NCBI GenBank assembly: GCA_964447015.1
Contig: CAYUQU010000006.1
Coordinates: forward strand, 1,841-65,840
DNA: 64,000 nucleotides
Reading direction: 5' to 3'
Source of the DNA: an uncultured Flavobacteriales bacterium
GTDB lineage: Bacteria > Bacteroidota > Bacteroidia > Flavobacteriales_D > Crocinitomicaceae
Shown: positions 18,486 to 28,578 of the stretch, piece after piece
How positions within the stretch are numbered: position 1 is the stretch's first letter
How the letters are laid out: each line of letters begins with the position of its first letter
Made by a program: the position numbers and the translations under genes
Notes under the pieces: model-generated
Seen by the model: only the letters and a program-made list of their open reading frames with translations
Database searches by the model: none
Told to the model about the DNA's origin: nothing

Positions 18486-19727
18486 ATGAGAGTAGAATTA
18501 ATTAATATCGGTGATGAATTGCTCATCGGGCAAACCATCAATACCAATGCATCTTGGATAGGACAGTTTTTAAGTGAAAACGGTGTACGCGTTTCAAAAT
18601 CAATTGTTATTCAGGATGAGAAGGACGATATTATTAATCAACTCAAGGACTGCCTTACTCGTGCAGATGTGGTATTAATTACTGGAGGTTTAGGTCCGAC
18701 AAAAGACGATATTACAAAAGCAACACTTTGCGAATTTTTCGGAGGTAAGTTAGTAATGGATGAGCCTACTTTAAAGAACATTACCGCATATTTTGAGGCA
18801 AAAGGCAGACCGATGTTGGAAAGCAACAAAAACCAAGCACTAATTCCTGATGTATGTACAGTGTTGCCAAATTCTAATGGTACAGCACCGGGAATGTGGT
18901 TTGAGCAAGAAGGGAAGATTGTCGTTTCATTACCTGGAGTTCCTTACGAAATGAAACCCTTGATGCTGATGGAGGTATTACCGAGATTAGTAGAACGATT
19001 TGAATTTGCAGACATTTATCAAGCAAGTATAGTAACCACAGGAATAGGAGAATCTTTCCTTGCGGAAACGATTCGCGCGTGGGAAGACCGTTTGCGTGCT
19101 GAAGAACTGGCATTGGCCTATTTACCTTCTCCAGGAATTGTGCGTTTGAGAGTAACATCATACAAAGGTCAAAAAGACTCGGAGAAAATTGGTAAGTACA
19201 TCAAGGAACTGAAAGAAATCATCGGTGATTATTACTTTGGTGAAGAAAATGAAACCCTGAGTGGAGTAGTGGCCAAACTGCTGATTCAATCCAAATCGAC
19301 AGTGGGAACGGTGGAGAGTTGCACTTCAGGAGCAATTGGAGCGGAGATAACGAAAATTCCAGGTTCCAGTGCCTATTATGAAGGAAGTTTTGTCACTTAC
19401 AGCAACCGATTAAAGAACGAATTGATTCACGTGCCTTATGAAATCCTAGAAAACCAAGGAGCGGTAAGTCAAGAATGCGTAGAGGTAATGGCCGTAGAAG
19501 GTCGAAAAGCGTTAGGAGTAGACTATTGCATTTCCACCTCAGGAATTGCAGGTCCAGACGGAGGTACACCCGATAAACCCGTGGGAACAGTTTGGATAGC
19601 CGTTGCTTTTGACGGAGGAGTGTACTCAAAGAAATTCATGTTCGGTTCAAACAGAGAGCGCAATATCCAAATGTCAATCTTCGCTGGGTTGAATTTGTTG
19701 CGATTGAGGTTGCTTGGTCGGATTTAG
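18486..19727 (+). CDS. cinA: Competence/damage-inducible protein A (MoCF domain + PncC)
   Basis: IGDELLIGQTINTNA, TGGLGPT.DD.T, ESCTSG and SGIAGPDGGT.DKPVGTV motifs. Start reassigned to ATG 18486. Confidence 0.95.
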   Translation: MRVELINIGDELLIGQTINTNASWIGQFLSENGVRVSKSIVIQDEKDDIINQLKDCLTRADVVLITGGLGPTKDDITKATLCEFFGGKLVMDEPTLKNITAYFEAKGRPMLESNKNQALIPDVCTVLPNSNGTAPGMWFEQEGKIVVSLPGVPYEMKPLMLMEVLPRLVERFEFADIYQASIVTTGIGESFLAETIRAWEDRLRAEELALAYLPSPGIVRLRVTSYKGQKDSEKIGKYIKELKEIIGDYYFGEENETLSGVVAKLLIQSKSTVGTVESCTSGAIGAEITKIPGSSAYYEGSFVTYSNRLKNELIHVPYEILENQGAVSQECVEVMAVEGRKALGVDYCISTSGIAGPDGGTPDKPVGTVWIAVAFDGGVYSKKFMFGSNRERNIQMSIFAGLNLLRLRLLGRI

Positions 19728-19767
19728 TGATAATCAGCGGGTTAATTTTGTTTTTAGATGAAGAAAT

Positions 19768-19799
19768 CTGTACGGACAGGTCGCGACCTGCCCGTACAG
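19768..19799. repeat. REP-like palindrome
   Basis: ctgtacggacaggtcgcgacctgcccgtacag, a near-perfect 32-bp hairpin. Confidence 0.75.
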
Positions 19800-20001
19800 G
19801 TATTTTTTTTTCAATTAAACCCACCATATATCGAATTAACCACTATCTTTGCACCCGCGTTCCAAATGATGCTCACTGGTCGCACTCTTTTTTTGGGAGG
19901 TTAAAATCTCAAAAAGGAAAAAATATAATTATAGTTTGCAGAAGTAAGAAAAAAGTCTTTACTTTGCACCCCAATTTTGAATAAAGGTAAATCGTTATAC
20001 A

Positions 20002-20238
20002 ATGTCACGAATTTGTCAGTTAACAGGTAAGAAGGTAATGGTAGGAAACAATGTTTCCCACTCAAAGCGCAGAACTAAGCGTAAGTTTTTCCCGAATTTG
20101 ATTGTAAAGAAATTTTACATTCCAGAAGAAGGTAAAGAAATTACCCTAAAAATTTCGACTTCAGCGTTGAGAACAATCAACAAGAAGGGAATCTCAGCAT
20201 GTTTGAAAGATGCTAGAGCAAAAGGTTTAATGAAGTAA
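20002..20238 (+). CDS. rpmB: 50S ribosomal protein L28
   Basis: [11 protein letters not shown]...GNNVSHS.RRTKRKF.PNL. Confidence 0.98.
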   Translation: MSRICQLTGKKVMVGNNVSHSKRRTKRKFFPNLIVKKFYIPEEGKEITLKISTSALRTINKKGISACLKDARAKGLMK

Positions 20239-20277
20239 TTGTTATCGAGTCGAGAGATTCAGTAAAAGCTAATAATC

Positions 20278-20466
20278 ATGGCAAAAAAAGGAAAAGGTAA
20301 CAGAATTCAGGTGATTCTTGAGTGCACAGAGCACAAAGAGAGTGGTATGCCTGGAACATCGAGATATATCTCTACAAAGAATAGAAAAAATACTCCTGAT
20401 CGTTTAGAGATCAAGAAGTACAACCCTATCTTGAAGCGTTATACAGTTCATAAAGAAATTAAATAA
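20278..20466 (+). CDS. rpmG: 50S ribosomal protein L33
   Basis: [12 protein letters not shown]...[21 protein letters not shown]. Confidence 0.98.
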   Translation: MAKKGKGNRIQVILECTEHKESGMPGTSRYISTKNRKNTPDRLEIKKYNPILKRYTVHKEIK

Positions 20467-20475
20467 TAAAGTGTT

Positions 20476-20628
20476 ATGGCTAAGAAAGTAGTAGCATCGT
20501 TGCAATCAGGTGGTGGAAAAGAACACACGAAGGTTATAAAGATGGTAAAAACAGAAAAAGGGTCTTACTCTTTTAAAGAAGAAATTGTACACAACGATAA
20601 AGTAAAAGAGTGGTTTGACAAAAACTAA
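20476..20628 (+). CDS. DUF4295 family small protein (50 aa)
   Basis: Manually translated MAKKVVASLQSGGGKEHTKVIKMVKTEKGSYSFKEEIVHNDKVKEWFDKN; in the conserved Bacteroidota position between rpmG and ftsY. Confidence 0.9.
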   Translation: MAKKVVASLQSGGGKEHTKVIKMVKTEKGSYSFKEEIVHNDKVKEWFDKN

Positions 20629-20658
20629 TTCTTACTTTTCGATATAAAATTCTAATGT

Positions 20659-20688
20659 AAGCTTCCTTTGTTTAAAGGAAGCTTTTTT
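20659..20688 (+). terminator. Intrinsic terminator after rpmB-rpmG-DUF4295
   Basis: aagcttccttt-gttt-aaaggaagctt hairpin followed by a T-run. Confidence 0.7.
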
Positions 20689-20699
20689 ACTATACGAGT

Positions 20700-21653
20700 A
20701 TGGGATTTTTTGGATTATTTTCGAAGGACAAAAAAGAAACCCTAGATAAAGGGTTGGAGAAAACAAAGCAGAGTTTTTTGTCCAAAATTTCGCGTTCCAT
20801 TGTTGGTAAATCAAAAGTTGATGATGAGGTACTAGATAACCTCGAAGAAATTTTGATTACATCCGATGTGGGAGTAGAAACGACATTGAAAATAATTGAG
20901 CGCATTGAAGAGCGCGTAGCTCGCGACAAATTTGTTTCTACAGATGAGCTGAATGTAATCCTTAGAGACGAAATTGTTGATCTTCTCGAAGAAAACAACT
21001 CTCTTTCACTTACGGAATTCTCAATTCCAGATCATGGAAGTGATCCTTATGTGATTATGGTGGTAGGTGTGAATGGCGTAGGTAAAACAACGACCATTGG
21101 AAAGCTTTCTCACCAACTAAAAAAGAAAAATTATAAAGTGGTACTAGGCGCAGCGGATACTTTCCGTGCAGCAGCTGTTGATCAATTGATTATTTGGTCT
21201 GAGCGTGTCGGTGTGCCTATCGTGCAACAAGGAATGGGTGCAGATCCTGCTTCTGTGGCTTACGATACGCTTCAATCGGCAAAATCGCAAGGTGCTGATG
21301 TGGCTATTATCGACACGGCAGGTCGTTTGCACAACAAAGTAAACTTGATGAACGAGTTGACCAAAATCAAACGTGTGATGGAGAAGGTAATTCCTGGTGC
21401 ACCACATGAAATTCTCTTGGTTCTAGACGGTTCAACAGGTCAAAATGCATACGAACAAGCGAAGCAATTTGCTTTAGCTACTGATATTAACGCCTTAGCT
21501 ATTACCAAACTTGACGGTACAGCAAAAGGTGGTGTCGTAATCGGTATTTCGGATCAAATGAAAATTCCGGTGAAGTATATCGGGGTGGGCGAAGGCATCG
21601 AAGATCTACAAGTTTTCAACCGTCACGAGTTTGTCGATTCACTGTTTAATTAG
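20700..21653 (+). CDS. ftsY: Signal recognition particle receptor
   Basis: GVNGVGKTTTIGKL, DTFRAAA, DTAGRLH and TKLDGTAKGG motifs. Confidence 0.98.
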   Translation: MGFFGLFSKDKKETLDKGLEKTKQSFLSKISRSIVGKSKVDDEVLDNLEEILITSDVGVETTLKIIERIEERVARDKFVSTDELNVILRDEIVDLLEENNSLSLTEFSIPDHGSDPYVIMVVGVNGVGKTTTIGKLSHQLKKKNYKVVLGAADTFRAAAVDQLIIWSERVGVPIVQQGMGADPASVAYDTLQSAKSQGADVAIIDTAGRLHNKVNLMNELTKIKRVMEKVIPGAPHEILLVLDGSTGQNAYEQAKQFALATDINALAITKLDGTAKGGVVIGISDQMKIPVKYIGVGEGIEDLQVFNRHEFVDSLFN

Positions 21654-21659
21654 AAGATT

Positions 21660-22022
21660 ATGCGTTTTGCTCTCACATTATTAATGCTCATGTTTGTGGC
21701 GACATTGTCTGCCCAATCGAAGTGTGATAGAGTGCGAGTGGGGACGTTTTACTCTAAACCAAACGAAAAGAAACATCAGCCCCTAATTAAAATTGAACGC
21801 ACCGAATTTTTGCAATTTGAAACGGTTGGCGATTCAACTCCTGTTCAATATTCACTCCGTTGGTTAGACGACTGCAAGTTTGTTTTAGAAACAGCTGTAG
21901 AAGAAGAAACCGTAAGAATCGTAGTGACGATTACTAAAGCGAAAAAGAAATTTTATACATATTCTGCAACGCGTCTTGGTTACCCAATCGTTACAGGAAA
22001 ATTATACAGAAAAAAACCTTAA
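21660..22022 (+). CDS. Small secreted hypothetical protein
   Basis: Signal peptide; in-operon spacing between ftsY and rimO. Confidence 0.75.
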   Translation: MRFALTLLMLMFVATLSAQSKCDRVRVGTFYSKPNEKKHQPLIKIERTEFLQFETVGDSTPVQYSLRWLDDCKFVLETAVEEETVRIVVTITKAKKKFYTYSATRLGYPIVTGKLYRKKP

Positions 22023-22033
22023 GTGGAGAGCGC

Positions 22034-23347
22034 ATGAAGACGAAAACATTAAAAAAGAATAAAGTTAATGTAGTGACCTTGGGTTGCTCAAAGAACTTGT
22101 TTGACTCAGAGGTGATGATGGCACAGCTTAAGGCGAATAAGTTTGAGGTGGAGCATGAAGCCAAGCAAGATGATTCGGAAATCGTTATCATCAACACGTG
22201 TGGATTTATTGACAATGCCAAGCAAGAATCTATCGATACGATTTTGCGTTACGTGGATGCGAAGAAAGAGGGAATGGTAGACAAAGTCTATGTGACCGGA
22301 TGTCTTTCGCAACGCTATAAAGATGATTTGGAGACAGAAATTCCAGAAGTGGACGCTTTCTTCGGAACGCGCGATTTGCCACGGTTACTCAAAACATTAA
22401 AAGCCGATTACAAACACGAGTTGGTAGGAGAACGTCTCCTGACAACTCCTTCGCATTATGCTTATTTCAAGATTGCAGAAGGTTGTGACCGTCCGTGTTC
22501 ATTCTGCGCGATTCCAATTATGCGTGGTAAGCACGTGTCAACTCCAATTGAGGAATTGGTAAGACAAGCAAAAGGACTCGCTGCGCAAGGAGTGAAGGAA
22601 TTGATGCTCATCGCACAAGATTTAACGTATTACGGTTTAGATATTTACAAGAAACGCAATTTGGCGGAACTCGTGCAGCAAATCGCTGATGTGGAAGGTA
22701 TCGAGTGGGTACGTCTCCATTATGCTTTTCCAGCCGGTTTCCCGATGGATGTGTTGGAAGTGATGAAGTCGCACCCAAACGTGTGTAATTACCTTGATAT
22801 GCCATTGCAACACGGTTCTACTCGAATTCTACAAGCCATGCGACGTGGAATAACACGTGAGAAGACTGAAGAACTTGTAGCGACCATTCGCGAAAAAGTA
22901 CCTGGAATTGCACTGAGAACCACATTGATTGCAGGTTACCCAGGAGAAACCGAAGTAGATTTCCAAGAAATGTACGACTGGGTGGAAAAAAGTCGCTTTG
23001 ATCGTTTAGGAATCTTCACTTACTCGCACGAAGAAAATACACACGCTCATAATTTCGAAGACGATGTACCGGAAGACGTAAAACGTCAGCGTGCAGATGC
23101 GATTATGGAGCTTCAGTCAGGAATTTCATACGAACTGAATCAAGAGAAAATAGGAAAGACATACAACGTACTTTTCGACCGCATCGAAGGTGATTATTTC
23201 ATCGGCCGCAGCGAATTTGACTCTCCCGAAGTAGACAACGAAGTCCTAGTAAAGAAATCCGAAGCTTATGTACGAATCGGAGATTTTGCCAAAGTTGAAA
23301 TTACCTCGGCAGATCATTATGATTTGTATGGGACAGTGGTGGAGTAA
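22034..23347 (+). CDS. rimO: Ribosomal protein S12 methylthiotransferase
   Basis: TLGCSKN..DSE, NTCGFI, radical SAM EGCDRPCSFCAIP, and TRAM domain GRSEFDSPEVD. Confidence 0.97.
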   Translation: MKTKTLKKNKVNVVTLGCSKNLFDSEVMMAQLKANKFEVEHEAKQDDSEIVIINTCGFIDNAKQESIDTILRYVDAKKEGMVDKVYVTGCLSQRYKDDLETEIPEVDAFFGTRDLPRLLKTLKADYKHELVGERLLTTPSHYAYFKIAEGCDRPCSFCAIPIMRGKHVSTPIEELVRQAKGLAAQGVKELMLIAQDLTYYGLDIYKKRNLAELVQQIADVEGIEWVRLHYAFPAGFPMDVLEVMKSHPNVCNYLDMPLQHGSTRILQAMRRGITREKTEELVATIREKVPGIALRTTLIAGYPGETEVDFQEMYDWVEKSRFDRLGIFTYSHEENTHAHNFEDDVPEDVKRQRADAIMELQSGISYELNQEKIGKTYNVLFDRIEGDYFIGRSEFDSPEVDNEVLVKKSEAYVRIGDFAKVEITSADHYDLYGTVVE

Positions 23348-23422
23348 GTTTCGCATAAATGATATCTTAGAAATATTTGTAGAAGTTGTAAAATAATTAA
23401 GTTATCAATTAGATAAGTTTTT

Positions 23423-23450
23423 AACCGTTTCGAAAGGAGCGGTTTTTTTT
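23423..23450 (+). terminator. Intrinsic terminator after rimO
   Basis: aaccgtttc-gaaa-ggagcggtt followed by a T-run. Confidence 0.75.
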
Positions 23451-23708
23451 GTGCGTCTTTGTTTTTCTCAAATACTTCGGGACAATTATGGTACATCGCT
23501 GGATACGGGTGTTTTTTTTTATAAAGGGATAACTAGTTTTGAATCAATAGTTTTCAATAGAATAACGTTTAAGTCGCCTACCTTCATACTACAATTGTCC
23601 GTGTTTTGTCCTACGAACATTTATCCTAAAGGAGTGTTCCTTCACTACTTTTAGCTTATGAAATCATGCGAAAATTTCACTCTATTGAAAACAAACTCAT
23701 AAACAAGT

Positions 23709-26201
23709 ATGAAAAATTTATTCTTTCTCTTTATCTTTTTTGCAGCATTCACACATGCAGCAAATGCCCAATCCAATCAATATCTTCATTTTGATGGAGT
23801 AGATGATTATGTTTCCCTTTCTGAAGGTGCTCAATTTGTAAATGGTTCAACTACGATTACAATGGCTGGTTGGTTTTACACTGAAGAACTCATTTACGGT
23901 CAAGGAATGATGAGTATTCGTGGTGGCGGAACAGGAACTGGTGAAATGTATTTAATCCAATTAAGCAACGGAACAATTGAATGTCGTTTGGTCACGACAA
24001 CAGGCTTACATCAATTTGTAGCACCAGAAGGTACAATTATAGCTGGGCAATGGCAACACATTGCATGGGTGTTTAATCAAACAACAGTACAACTCTTTGT
24101 CGATGGAGTTTCGATTGGCTCGAGTAGTGCTTCAGGGACTTTTCAATCTGCTAATCGACCATTTTCGATTGGTAAGTGTATTCAATCAGGGTTTAATTTC
24201 ATTTTTAAAGGTAGAGCAGATGAAGTTTCCCTTTGGAATAAAGCATTGAGTCAAGTTGAAATTCAAGACATGATTGACAATGAATTAGTTGGAGATGAAG
24301 CGAATTTGCAAGTGTATTACAAATTTAATCAAGGTACTCCAGGTGGAAACAATTTGGGTATTTCTCAACTATTAGCGAATAGTGGAGAGGCGAATAAAAA
24401 TGGAGATTTATTTAATTTTGCACTCAATGGTTCTGTATCAAATTTTGGAGGAACATTGGATCCAAGTTTTCAAGTGATCAACTTCTCTCTCATTCCAAAT
24501 AAGTTAATCACAGATGAGCCTTTTGAAGCAGTTGCAACTGTAAATTCAGGTTTGCCTTTGAGTTATGAAATAGTTTCTGGCCCAGCAACTATGGATGGAA
24601 CAACCATTACTTTAAATGGAACTACAGGAACTGTGATAGTAAAAGCGAGTCAAGGTGGAGATGGCTTTTTTGATCCTGCTGAAGATGCATATGTTTCTTT
24701 TGAAGTACTTGATCCTGCAACTATTTTGGTAGAAGCTTCTATTCTTCATCCACTTGCAGGTAACGTTCATGTTTCTTCATTGATCCCCGTTCAAGTAGCG
24801 TTTAAAGCTGAAATAGATTACCCAGAATTATTTGAAATTAATCAAATTTCTGCAAATGTTGGTGGCGATAATGTAGAATTAGTGAATCATGGAAATGGTT
24901 ATTTTACAGGTTGGTGGACACCTCAGTCGTATGGTAGTCACACGCTTGAAGTGTTAGCGCAAAATAATTATGGTGCATCAAGTACTGCAACGGCTGTGAT
25001 TAATTTACAACAAGAAACGACGGATCAAACTGTGAATGGAACAACAAATGTTTGGGTGAATGCTGATTATCCATCACAAACAGTTCAAGCAGATTTACCG
25101 AGCTATAGTGGTGCATTTGACCAAATTATAGGAAAGCTTTACATCGATTGTCCAAGTGGCGGTTGCGACCCATGGGACAGGGTTTCACATGTTGAAGTAC
25201 AAGGTAAAGACGGAGAATGGTTTGAAATTATTCGTTATTTGACTCCTTATGGAGTAGCATGTCAAAGTGAAATTGATTTGACTGATTTTAGTTCATTGTT
25301 ACGTGGAAAAACAACTTTCCGTGTGAATTTAGGAACTCAAGGTAACGGATTTTTATACACACTTGAACTTCAATACCGTGCAGGAACCGAAGTAAATCCA
25401 TTCAGTACTGTAGAAAAGTTATGGTACCAAACATATCAATTTGGAGACATGGCTAACCTGCAACCAGCGGAAGAAATAACTGTGAATTTTCCTTCATCGA
25501 CAACTGCTGCAAAAATTAAATTGGTGTCTTCAGGACATGGTTGGGGAAATAATAATACTGGAAATGCAGCAGAGTTTCAGGCAAATACACACAATATTTT
25601 GGTAGATAATGTGGCTACATTTTCACAATACAATTGGAATATTTGTAATCCAAATCCAGATGGATGTAGTCCGCAAAATGGAACTTGGTACCACAATAGA
25701 GCGGGATGGTGTCCTGGAAGTATTGCACAATTTTTCGATTATTCAATGAATCCCTTTACTTCTCAAAGTGAAGTCGATTTGAAATACATTTTCGATCAAA
25801 GTTATATTGACTATTGTCACCCAAATAATCCAGATTGTGTTTCAGGACAAACATGTCCTAATTGCGACGATGGTTTCAACCCACATTTGGTGGTAGCTTC
25901 TTACCTAATTTCATACAGTCAATCACCAATCATTGAATTGGGAATTAGCCCAAATGAGAATAGAACGTTTGTGAATTTATATCCAAATCCATCTGCTGGG
26001 GTGTTTTTTGTAGATCATTCTACAGATGTGAAAGAAATCATCGTTACTGATTACTCGGGACGTGAGGTGAAAAGAATTTCTGAAAAATCGGGGGTTGAAA
26101 CAACACGAATTGATTTAAGTGGTCAGCCATCAGGTATTTACCTTGTATCTATCAAAAAATCGAATAATGAGATGGTAACTAAAAAATTGATTTTAGAATA
26201 A
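23709..26201 (+). CDS. T9SS-secreted LamG + peptide-N-glycosidase F-like protein
   Basis: N-terminal LamG (WQHIAW, FKGRADEV.LW); PNGase F-like motifs CDPWDR, EIIRYLTPYG, GHGWG...AEF and RAGWCPG; C-terminal T9SS domain (LYPNPS...G.YLV.I...TKKLILE). Confidence 0.85.
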   Translation: MKNLFFLFIFFAAFTHAANAQSNQYLHFDGVDDYVSLSEGAQFVNGSTTITMAGWFYTEELIYGQGMMSIRGGGTGTGEMYLIQLSNGTIECRLVTTTGLHQFVAPEGTIIAGQWQHIAWVFNQTTVQLFVDGVSIGSSSASGTFQSANRPFSIGKCIQSGFNFIFKGRADEVSLWNKALSQVEIQDMIDNELVGDEANLQVYYKFNQGTPGGNNLGISQLLANSGEANKNGDLFNFALNGSVSNFGGTLDPSFQVINFSLIPNKLITDEPFEAVATVNSGLPLSYEIVSGPATMDGTTITLNGTTGTVIVKASQGGDGFFDPAEDAYVSFEVLDPATILVEASILHPLAGNVHVSSLIPVQVAFKAEIDYPELFEINQISANVGGDNVELVNHGNGYFTGWWTPQSYGSHTLEVLAQNNYGASSTATAVINLQQETTDQTVNGTTNVWVNADYPSQTVQADLPSYSGAFDQIIGKLYIDCPSGGCDPWDRVSHVEVQGKDGEWFEIIRYLTPYGVACQSEIDLTDFSSLLRGKTTFRVNLGTQGNGFLYTLELQYRAGTEVNPFSTVEKLWYQTYQFGDMANLQPAEEITVNFPSSTTAAKIKLVSSGHGWGNNNTGNAAEFQANTHNILVDNVATFSQYNWNICNPNPDGCSPQNGTWYHNRAGWCPGSIAQFFDYSMNPFTSQSEVDLKYIFDQSYIDYCHPNNPDCVSGQTCPNCDDGFNPHLVVASYLISYSQSPIIELGISPNENRTFVNLYPNPSAGVFFVDHSTDVKEIIVTDYSGREVKRISEKSGVETTRIDLSGQPSGIYLVSIKKSNNEMVTKKLILE

Positions 26202-26234
26202 ACAGACTCTGATCAGAAACGATATGGGTAATAT

Positions 26235-26263
26235 AAAAGACGATCTTCGGGTCGTCTTTTTTT
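26235..26263. terminator. Bidirectional intrinsic terminator
   Basis: aaaagacgatc-ttcg-ggtcgtcttttttt, with an A-run before and a T-run after. Confidence 0.85.
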
Positions 26264-26284
26264 ATGATAAATAATTACAAAGCC

Positions 26285-26395
26285 TTAACTTTCCTTCAAC
26301 TTTTTACCTAATTTCTCAAAATTTTCCCCAACAAAATGCCCTGAGCTCATCGCGAGAAAGGTTTTGTTGTGCCAGTTTTGCGAGCGGATATAGTT
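26285..26395 (-). pseudogene. Diverged orphan copy of the mpl 3' end (copy 3)
   Basis: Translates NYIRSQNWHNKTFLAMSSGHFVGENFEKLGKKLKES* versus mpl NHIHAQNWHNKALLMMSSGNFDGIDFEKLGEELK*; 25 differences in 102 aligned nt, no indels. Confidence 0.88.
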
Positions 26396-26453
26396 TGTGT
26401 CTCTGTTGCCAGAAAAGTATTTTCAGTATGTTACTTGTGTTATTTGTTCTCTT

Positions 26454-27068
26454 TTATTCAATAAAACCGTACTTAATAAACAAATCTTTTAGTATTCTAT
26501 AATCAGCTGAATACATGCTGATTGATTCGGTATAGTTAAATGCAATCTTTCCATTGCCACATTCAAAGCAGATTTCATAGATTCCTAAAATGTGACCACT
26601 GGAATCAAGAAAAACAACTGCGTGACGGGGTATGTAACACATCGTCAATATGTTTGATTTTCGTGTTCCTAAAGAGGATTCGATTGTAGCAAGATAATCA
26701 GTTGTATCAATTTCTCTCCATTTATACATTCTACTACTGTCAAGCCCAAGGACAACCTGAGTCATGAAGGATGAGTCTAATTTTGGTAAATATTTCAAGT
26801 CAGTTTTGATAACCGATTCCATATAGCACCCTTTTTTACGTTTCTTCGCATCAGTTGGAATTGTTTTTCTTTTCTTTCCATCGTCACAAAGCGGTCTTAA
26901 TTGCACAAAACAAATTTTATGCACCTTATTTAGTATGGTATCCGCCCATTCTAGATTTATTTTTTGAATTTTTGTATCGATTTCAGGTTGAGGTGAAATT
27001 GAGTCATATACTTGACTAAATGTATAAGTAGGGAGGGAGTAAAGTAATATTATTATCCAGGTTTTCAT
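26454..27068 (-). CDS. Secreted hypothetical protein
   Basis: Likely start MKTWIIILLYS at 27068 (signal peptide); CYIPRH...ICFEC motif. Confidence 0.75.
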   Translation of the reverse strand: MKTWIIILLYSLPTYTFSQVYDSISPQPEIDTKIQKINLEWADTILNKVHKICFVQLRPLCDDGKKRKTIPTDAKKRKKGCYMESVIKTDLKYLPKLDSSFMTQVVLGLDSSRMYKWREIDTTDYLATIESSLGTRKSNILTMCYIPRHAVVFLDSSGHILGIYEICFECGNGKIAFNYTESISMYSADYRILKDLFIKYGFIE

Positions 27069-27215
27069 ATTACAGTCAATGATTTGGGACAATATCTAGT
27101 ATGGTGTTCAAACCAAAGTTGTTTTTCGAAGATAAGAAAAATCAATGAAGCTTTTGAAGTTGTTTCGTTCAATTAAATAATATTTCGAAGCGCTTAATAT
27201 TTATCAAACATATCA

Positions 27216-27818
27216 CTACAACATGGCATAAAAGATCACCAGCAGTGTTCCAGGAAGCACAAAAACAAACGAAACAATGCGTGCAAAGTTAAACCAGGCA
27301 CTTTGTCGTTTGAAAATATAGGTGAAGAAAGGAATCAGCAGAAATATTTGGAATAAAGGAAACCATGTAAAGATAGATCTCTGTCTGATTTCTGCGTGAT
27401 ATACTATATCTCCACCATTGGCTATGCTTTGGTAGTTTAATTTCTTTCCTGTTTGAAAAATAGGAGTATAGGTGAGTTCGATTGTGTTTTCCACATGCGT
27501 ACCCCAATCAAAATATTGTGGAATAAACATATATCCTTCAATGTCTAACACAGCGTGTCCTTCATAGATCCAATTTTGATCAATTTTCCAGGAATTCTCT
27601 GTTAGTTTTTTTGATGGACCATCGAATAAAACCTCGATCGTAGTAATCAATGCCATTAATGTTGTGAAGATGACAACCACTTTAAAGAAAAACCACCATT
27701 TACCTGAAGTAATTCGCTCGTAAAATTCTTTGTCTTCGCGCTCTTCTTTTTCTTTTCTCAGCCGCAATTTTTCTACTGCAATTCGAAGGGATTCTTCTCG
27801 GTTTATATTTCTAGTCAT
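27216..27818 (-). CDS. Hypothetical membrane protein
   Basis: 200-aa ORF with a charged N-terminal helix and three TM segments. Confidence 0.8.
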   Translation of the reverse strand: MTRNINREESLRIAVEKLRLRKEKEEREDKEFYERITSGKWWFFFKVVVIFTTLMALITTIEVLFDGPSKKLTENSWKIDQNWIYEGHAVLDIEGYMFIPQYFDWGTHVENTIELTYTPIFQTGKKLNYQSIANGGDIVYHAEIRQRSIFTWFPLFQIFLLIPFFTYIFKRQSAWFNFARIVSFVFVLPGTLLVIFYAML

Positions 27819-27859
27819 AAATTTTAGTAATAGCTATAATGTAAAAAATTTTTCGAAGT

Positions 27860-27928
27860 CAATTGTTGGTTTGTCAGTTCCAGAGATGGTAGTGAGCCGT
27901 AATTCACCAACCTCCCTTCAACATTTTT
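27860..27928 (-). ncRNA. Candidate Flavo-1-like small structured RNA
   Basis: Minus strand gaagggaggttggtgaattacggctcactaccatctctggaactgacaaaccaacaa forms a bulged hairpin directly after a TATCTTAG promoter-like box (27942-27935). It resembles my recollection of the Flavo-1 motif; not checked against Rfam. Confidence 0.45.
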
Positions 27929-27990
27929 TTCGCGCTAAGATATATAAATTTCATTAAACGGTGCTTACTAAGGCTTGAGTGTAGGTACTG

Positions 27991-28578
27991 TTAGTGATTT
28001 GGATTCTCTTTATTTTTGTCTTTTAAATACTCATCAGTAAAATGCCCTCTTTGTTTTTGTTTTGAAAATTTACCTTCGTTATATGACTTTGAATCTCCTT
28101 TTGGAATCGATAAGGAAGTCCAATTATTTTCCGCCAACATTTTTCCCAAAAAAACAATCTGTCCAATATGATATGGATAATGAGCAAGTTGTCTGTTTAT
28201 GGCTTCTGTTACTGTGTGGCCTTGATTTCGGATGTAAATAATTTTGTCAAGGTCATCATTTGTCAAAGAGTCAATTGCGTTAAAAAGGCAAGCCCAACCT
28301 GAGTTCCATTTGTCTAAAAGTTCTTGTCTACTTTTTATGTCGTTTTCAAATTCAGCGTCTCTTTTACGAAATTCTTTTTCGCCGTCTGAAGTCAAAAAGT
28401 CCGTCCAACGCGAAAGCATATTTCCCCAAAGGTGTTTTACAATAGTCGCTATGCTGTTACTGTCGTCATTATATTGCCAAAATAACTTGTCATCTTGCAC
28501 TTGAGAAAAGGTCTTTTCTCCAAGCATTTTGTAATACTCAAATTGCTTTTTAACGCTGATTAAATAATCATTTGTCAT
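27991..28578 (-). CDS. DUF1572 (DinB superfamily) protein
   Basis: SNSIATIVKHLWGNMLSRWTDFLTSDGEK..R.RDAEF and QLAHYPYHIGQIV motifs. Confidence 0.92.
   Translation of the reverse strand: MTNDYLISVKKQFEYYKMLGEKTFSQVQDDKLFWQYNDDSNSIATIVKHLWGNMLSRWTDFLTSDGEKEFRKRDAEFENDIKSRQELLDKWNSGWACLFNAIDSLTNDDLDKIIYIRNQGHTVTEAINRQLAHYPYHIGQIVFLGKMLAENNWTSLSIPKGDSKSYNEGKFSKQKQRGHFTDEYLKDKNKENPNH

Noticed and set aside
19727-19984. 85-aa ORF upstream of rpmB
   Set aside because: It spans a REP-like hairpin and promoter boxes and has no protein-like features.
26285-26395. Claim that copy 3 diverged mainly by synonymous change
   Set aside because: Only 6 of 18 changed codons are purely synonymous, so purifying selection cannot be asserted from this short alignment.
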